This document shows, in pieces, positions 51,668 to 64,000 of a stretch of DNA of 64,000 nucleotides. Source of the stretch: Amoebidium appalachense (taxonomy: Eukaryota > Protista > Ichthyosporea). Numbering within the stretch: the stretch's first letter is position 1; every line of letters starts with the position of its first letter. The position numbers and the translations under genes are program-made. The notes under the pieces were generated by a model, which saw only the letters and a list, made by a program, of their open reading frames with translations, ran no database searches and was not told the DNA's origin. Location of the stretch: positions 372,001-436,000 of the forward strand of contig CAVNZM010000007.1 in assembly GCA_963693365.1 (NCBI GenBank). The letters run 5' to 3'.

Positions 51668-52482
51668 AAAAAACAAAAAAGGTATAAACAAAAGTGCATT
51701 TAAAACCTTTTTCCTTAGAAGTAGAACCCCTAAACACTTCCCCTAGCAAGCCCATACAAGGACGTGCAAACAGAGTCGGTAAAGAGGCAAAAACAGCTGA
51801 TATACTTTTTTGAGGGGGGAGGGGGGTTGCGTCTGGAAACAAGGGTGTCAAGAACTTGAAAAATGGACGGGCAGGGGGAAAGGGGGGAGGGAAGGGGGTG
51901 CGAGGTGGGGGGGGGGGGGGGGGGGGGGGGGGGGTGCATTAAGGGCAGAAAACGGGCCCGTACTTTACACCAGTGTGATCGGTCTAATCAATCATCCTTA
52001 GAACAAAAAGTACTTCTTGCACCGCTGCCCCCATGTCAGATTGCGTTAGTGTTGACTGTGTGTGTGTGCGGAGAGGGGGGAGGAGGAAGGGGGGGGGAGG
52101 GGGAGAGCAAGTGGATTGAAGATAAGTTTAGGGGAGTGGGTAGGGAGGAGGGGAGGGGGGGGGGCATGGGGAAAGGGGGTACACACCACTGGTTGAGTTC
52201 ATCCTGTGACTCGTTAGCACACCCAGGCGACTTATTTGCTATTTTTAACTCAGCACCGTGCGGCACCAGAGCAATGATTTCTTTGGAGGTAAGACGGTCT
52301 GCAACCACAAGTGTAGCTTGCTGTAGTGCTTTGTAGGCCGCAATAGTGAGCAGGTCTGGGTCTCCCGGTCCACCACCTACAAGCTTAATGCAGTTGCGTG
52401 TTTGGATGTCGTCTGCATGTAGGGTATGCCCGTCTGCTGATGTGAAGGTGGGATGCGGTGTGTGATTGGTGTTTGGAGCCAT
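50137..52482 (-). CDS. cobA: Uroporphyrinogen-III C-methyltransferase (SUMT, CobA/CysG-A/Met1 family); exons 52187-52482 and 50137-50689
   Basis: Motifs LVGGGPGDPDLLT, VVADRL, VVRLKNGDPFLFGRGGEE, VIPGVSS, AGIPVTHRG, TVVFLM, PAAVIEKAT; a single phase-2 GT-AG intron; 282 aa. Confidence 0.95.
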
Positions 52483-53464
52483 TTTTTTCAGCTTTAAAAT
52501 TCGGGCCTCCCTGTAATATATGTGAATTGGTCACCAAGGTCTTTGAAGGTAACTAACACAAGTAGCCAAGATATAGACTGTGATGATCTTCCAACATGGA
52601 AATTCCTGTTGAACAACACACGGACAGACGGAAAGGAAACGGGTTTGGATCCTTTTATATAGTTTTTGGTGGATGTTTGCTTGACCAATCGGAAGCGCGA
52701 ATACTTGTGTAATTTGCTGTGGCATGATAGCCGAGTGATGATTGGGTGAGGCTTCATTTGGTAATTGCTGTATGGTAGTGATTCGCTTGTGGCATTTTAA
52801 CTGAATAAACACAAACAGTTAGCCACATCTTTTACAATGACATTTGTCCAATAGAAAGCCTATATATTTACGCCATCAAAGTTGATGCAGCTGCGGCTTC
52901 ACCTGTCGGTACATAAACACACAGCCCAACTTAAATACTAACTTAATTGTCAAAAGCATGAAATAATTTTTTTAATAATTTCTAAAATTGTTACAGTATG
53001 TAATCCTTTTTATGCATGTTGCAATTCAACCGTTTACGAACCTGAGCGACATGATCCATGGGCCGCCTGCGATCTATCACATGACTTTGCAAGAGCTGAT
53101 TGGTTAATGGTCACGGCCAACTGTTTGCGTTACCTCAGGTCGACTCATGCCCAGACTGCCAGAAGGCTTGTCGGCCACGGCCCTTCGAGTGAACACAGGC
53201 GCGCTGACGGTCACAGGGTGTGCCGTGCACGTGGTTGTGTGTGTGTGTGTGTGACGCGTGCACACGTGTTTATTTGCGTGTGTGTGTCACAGTGTGTGCG
53301 TGTACGCGACACTGCGTGTGCGTGCGTGTGCGCGCTTGCGTATGTGGTGTGTGGTTGTCATTACTGCAGCACCATGGTGCGTGTGCGTCTGTGTACGAGT
53401 GTGGCCCCGGGTGGTATGCCATGGTGGTGGCGGTGACGGTGGTGGTACCGGTAGTGGGGGGTAA

Positions 53465-53502
<38 letters not shown>

Positions 53503-53859
53503 TATAAACACACCAAGGCCTACAAGCACACTAGTGTGCTAATTAAAAATTCTCAATTAAATACACTGGGGCACCTCAAACTGCTCGTGTGTTGCACCGA
53601 ATCGCCACCGATGCCTCGACTGGTCCTTGGCAGCGTGGCCTGCGAAAGCCGACACAAGGGCATGAGCGATGCAAAAGTGAACACGTATGATTATTATGAT
53701 TATTATACTCAAACCTTATAATCCACTTAGACATTCAAAAAAATTATTCGAGTGTTGCTTCATTCAGGGGTCTTCGGCCATACAGGTGGTGTGTTGACAA
53801 GGGTTTCTGCAGTCTGCGCGTATGTAGCTCCGCCTTCTGGACGTGTGCACGTCCAAGAT

Positions 53860-53899
<40 letters not shown>

Positions 53900-54553
53900 C
53901 ATGGCAAGCGTAATTTGCTCACGCACGGTGGTATGTTAGTGTGGTTGCTTGCATGCTTTTGTGCACCAATACCACGGTGTGCGATATTCCTGCCACGACA
54001 CATCGAGCAGTAGCTACCGTATAACTTTTCTCTGAACAGATGTTCTGCCGAGCACCCTCACAACCGAATCGATTTTTAAAACTTGGGACCGCTCTTCATT
54101 CTTCGTTCTCTACCTTAAATACGAGCTTATTCCACTAACACACAAATAGTGCACACACCACTGAGTGTGCTGCGGTTTTCAATCTGGTCGGTTTGCTCAG
54201 AGCAGTCTGACAGGCAGATAGCAGTGACATGTACTTGCATTGGTACATCATTCAGAAACAGTGCCCAGAGTCGAGGCATGACGTTACGATCACACAAACT
54301 TCTGGTTGTCATCCGGGGTGAAAGATTTACGCTATCATTACCAGCCGGGCCAGGCCTGGTCAAAAAAGCTTTGCCGTGTGGTGATTAGGTGTTTCTTGGT
54401 GTGTGTGCTTGGCCGGGCGCCCTGATTAGTCATCAACCTGTTCTACAATATATGCGTCCGCGCGTAACATACCGCCCCGACAAGGGTCGAGGTCGTTATG
54501 TTAAATATTAATTAGTATCTAAAAATAGGCTCCCAGAGCCCGTCTCGATTATG

Positions 54554-54597
<44 letters not shown>

Positions 54598-55082
54598 CCC
54601 CCCCGCCCGCCCGCCCGCCCTCCAGCCCGCCCAGGAGGCCACACTGGGCCTCTCTATCGGGCGGGGAATCCGCAAACCGCTAAATGACATAAATATAGTA
54701 GTAAACAAATAATAAATTGATCAAATGAATGAATAAACAAAGAATAGGGGGGGGGGGAGGTACCAGGGGCAGGGGGGGTTGCTTGCATAGTTGATTGCAC
54801 GTTGTTTACTTGGTTGCTTACACCAGCAGTGAGGGGTGTAGAAGAAGTGGTGTATTTAATGGCATTGATTTTACATATATCCCCCCCCCCCCCCCCCCCC
54901 CCTTCCCCAATGTCGAGAAGCTAGGGGGAAAACACAAAAGCACAAGCACACTCAGAGTTGCACATGTAGTAGGAACAGGCACATTGGAAAGCAGGAAACA
55001 GAAATATAATTTTTTAAAGGCCCCAAAACTGAGCCGCCTTTCAACCGTGCCATCCCCAGAAAGAACCAGAAATTATTAGAAA

Positions 55083-55113
<31 letters not shown>

Positions 55114-55539
55114 ATAAAAATATAAATAAAAAAAAAATGTTGCATTGATCTCAGCAGGCTGTTTTCATTTCTTGTCTTGGCATAGACGATTCAACATGCA
55201 TTTATATGTACTTTTGGGCAGCTCACGATCAGTAGTATTAATGGTCTTTGCGACTAATGTGTCTCTTAGTGAAGAAAACAACACACACACTGACATGTCC
55301 AATTTATACAGAATTGGCATCATATTTGGAAAAGTTTAACAACGACGGAAAGGGAAGGTTTGTGTATGGTCATGGATTGGGGGGTAGGGGGAGCTGGCGA
55401 GGAAGGGGTGTGTGTGTGTGTGTGTGGTGAGGGGGGGGGAGGAGGGGGGGGGGGGGGGATGGGGAGGAGGAGGGCCTTGAGAGAGGCCCGGGGAGGATCT
55501 TGAGGAGACATGTTGATTGGTCCCAAAAGAAAAAGGTGT

Positions 55540-55586
<47 letters not shown>

Positions 55587-56383
55587 GGGGGGGGAGGCTG
55601 TCTTGCATCCACACCGTAGTACTTACTATGTTACACTGTTCACTTTCATATAGTATACGATACTTGTCTGGATACTGCACTGGGCTTTAAGCTGTTTACT
55701 CAAGGCACACAAATCAGTCTCTCGGTACCACCATGAGGATTTTTTTGTGCCCTGTATCCCACTATCCCTACAGCTATATATCAGGCATATGGTTGTTGGG
55801 TGTTGCTTGCAAACTTTGCAAAGATTCAATAGCTATGGTAACCGTATTCATACAAAACCTCTACGAGTATAAATCAGTTGGGTCCCCCACTTTTTCCTGT
55901 TTATTTGTGCATGTGTTGTGTGTGGGTGTGCATTGTATGTGTGCGAGCGCTTATGCGTGCATGCATTCACAGTATGTGTGTGTATGTGTTTCAGGGGAGT
56001 AAAAAGGAGGAGGATTTGTTGGTCTTGGATATATGTGTTTGCAGATCTAGCACACGTATTGCCCCCCCTTCCCCCCCTTGAATCCCTTATGTCCTCCCCC
56101 CAGGGGGGGGGGGGGGGGGGGGAATCTGGACACCAACTTCAAAGTCAGGTACCACACAAGGATATATTGCTGTTAACCGTTATATTCACCAGCACGCAGC
56201 TATTTATTTGTCCCCGAGGAAACACACTGTGGCCTCTGAGCAACACTATCCACACACTTCGACAGTCCCCATATGGGAAAAATTATCCCATTGTCAAGTT
56301 AATTGTAAAAAATAAATGTACCGCACTAGTACTACGCCCAGTCGCCAAGATGCATCAGTAAATCAGTAGAGCCTCAAAAGCAG

Positions 56384-56421
<38 letters not shown>

Positions 56422-56639
56422 AGCCGCCCCCTCTCTCCCCCCAAAACCCGGGAATCTACCCCACCTGTATTAGACACGTTCATGTCACCGAACGAATACA
56501 CACATGGGCACGTTCTAGATCTGCAAATGGTTCTTGCAAAAAAAAAAAAAAAAAAAAAAAAACCCGAACTTGCCGTACATACGCGCCCTGCATTCTTCAT
56601 CGATAATTACAAACTTTCGATTGGTAATAAGTCACGTGC

Positions 56640-62903
<6,264 letters not shown>

Positions 62904-63411
62904 AGGTGCTGATAGTGACTGCCATGAATCGTGTGTTGTTTTTGCGTGTGCATTTTGGTTGGGGGTGGGGGAGGGGGGGGGGGGGGTGGGGGGGTGGGGG
63001 GCGGGGGGGGGGGGAGGGGGGGGGGGACGGGGGGGATCATGGGTTAGCAAGTACCTCTTGCTAAGCGGAATAAATGATATTTATTTTTTAAACAAAAAAA
63101 GGTGTCATCTGCAGGTGTGAAGACCACAAGGAGCCGAGGGTGTGGGGGGGAGGGAGGGGCAGGGGAGAGGGGGAATCAAAGGTTTTGGCAGGATCTATCA
63201 AAATGATCTTTTGCATATGTGTTGGTGGGAGTATCGGTGGTGGTGAAGCCTTTTTTGTTCTTCTTTTCTACTTTTGCTTTCTTTCTTTTTCTTTTTTTTT
63301 AGGGGCGGGGAGGAGGGTGAGGAGGAGGGTAAGGGTGAGGGGGGAGGGGGGAGGGGGAGTTCCAAACAAAACCTATAATGTCTTACACATGGTAAAAGGA
63401 GGGGGAAGGGG

Positions 63412-63446
<35 letters not shown>

Positions 63447-64000
63447 GAGGGGGGGGGCAAAAAGAAGGGCAGCAAGGGGTCACTTATGCAGATCAGAGAA
63501 AGAACTCAAAGTCTCAAAGTTTGCTTACCTTTCTGCTGACACACGGAACACACGGCGGACGAGGAGATGATCGTGCCGTGGCAGCAGATGAAACGAACAG
63601 ACAGCAAACGGCAGGGTAGAGTGGGGTGAAGGGAGATAAGGGTGGTGAGAGACGGGCAACAGTAATGTCAGTGGCAGAACAGCAATGTTTCATCCATTAA
63701 AAGCTCAAACAATGCTGTATCAAGGTGTCGGTGCAGCTAAAATCCGCCCGTGTACACCCAAGAGAAGGAAAGAAGAAGAGCACTGTAGCATACACAGTGT
63801 AGATGTTTGCGGTATGCATAATGATGAGCCAACAAGAATAGGGTCGAAGAGTGAGGGTGTGCATGTACCGACGCGCAATTAACGTATGATTATTGCTGCG
63901 GTGGTAATTTATTGAGACGGCCAGGGCGACTCTGAAGGGGTAGATGGTGCGCAGGGGCGGGGCGGAGCGGGGGGGGAGGGGGGTAGAAGAGGCGTGGGAG

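Noticed and set aside
53530-55870. Gene in unique-sequence islands between SUMT and GST
   Set aside because: Only short ORFs with no recognisable motif or consistent exon chain

Overview
Eukaryotic, intron-rich DNA saturated with (CA)n/(TG)n microsatellites and long C/G homopolymers; almost all entries in the ORF track are translations of these repeats. A Src-type SH3-SH2 tyrosine kinase together with a uroporphyrinogen-III methyltransferase (siroheme route, absent from most animals) suggests a unicellular holozoan (inference). Genes reconstructed by hand: a spliced protein with five tandem globin domains (minus, 2304 to at least 10055, probably to about 14530), a Src/Frk-like kinase (plus, 25838-34299), an intronless 685-aa type I membrane protein resembling a zona-pellucida (ZP) module protein (minus, 36969-39026), a disrupted hypothetical spliced gene (minus, about 42.6-44.9 kb), SUMT/CobA (minus, 50137-52482) and a glutathionyl-hydroquinone reductase (minus, 56640-62855). 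Intergenic DNA holds non-autonomous DNA transposons (TTAA piggyBac-like, ATAG-TSD element, hAT MITE) and a 38-bp minisatellite. The best candidates for something new are the penta-globin with alternating His/no-His domains, the ZP-like protein in an apparent non-animal, a six-copy structured repeat anchored on poly(C) and mostly intronic in sense orientation, and an intron grammar in which (AC)n replaces the polypyrimidine tract.
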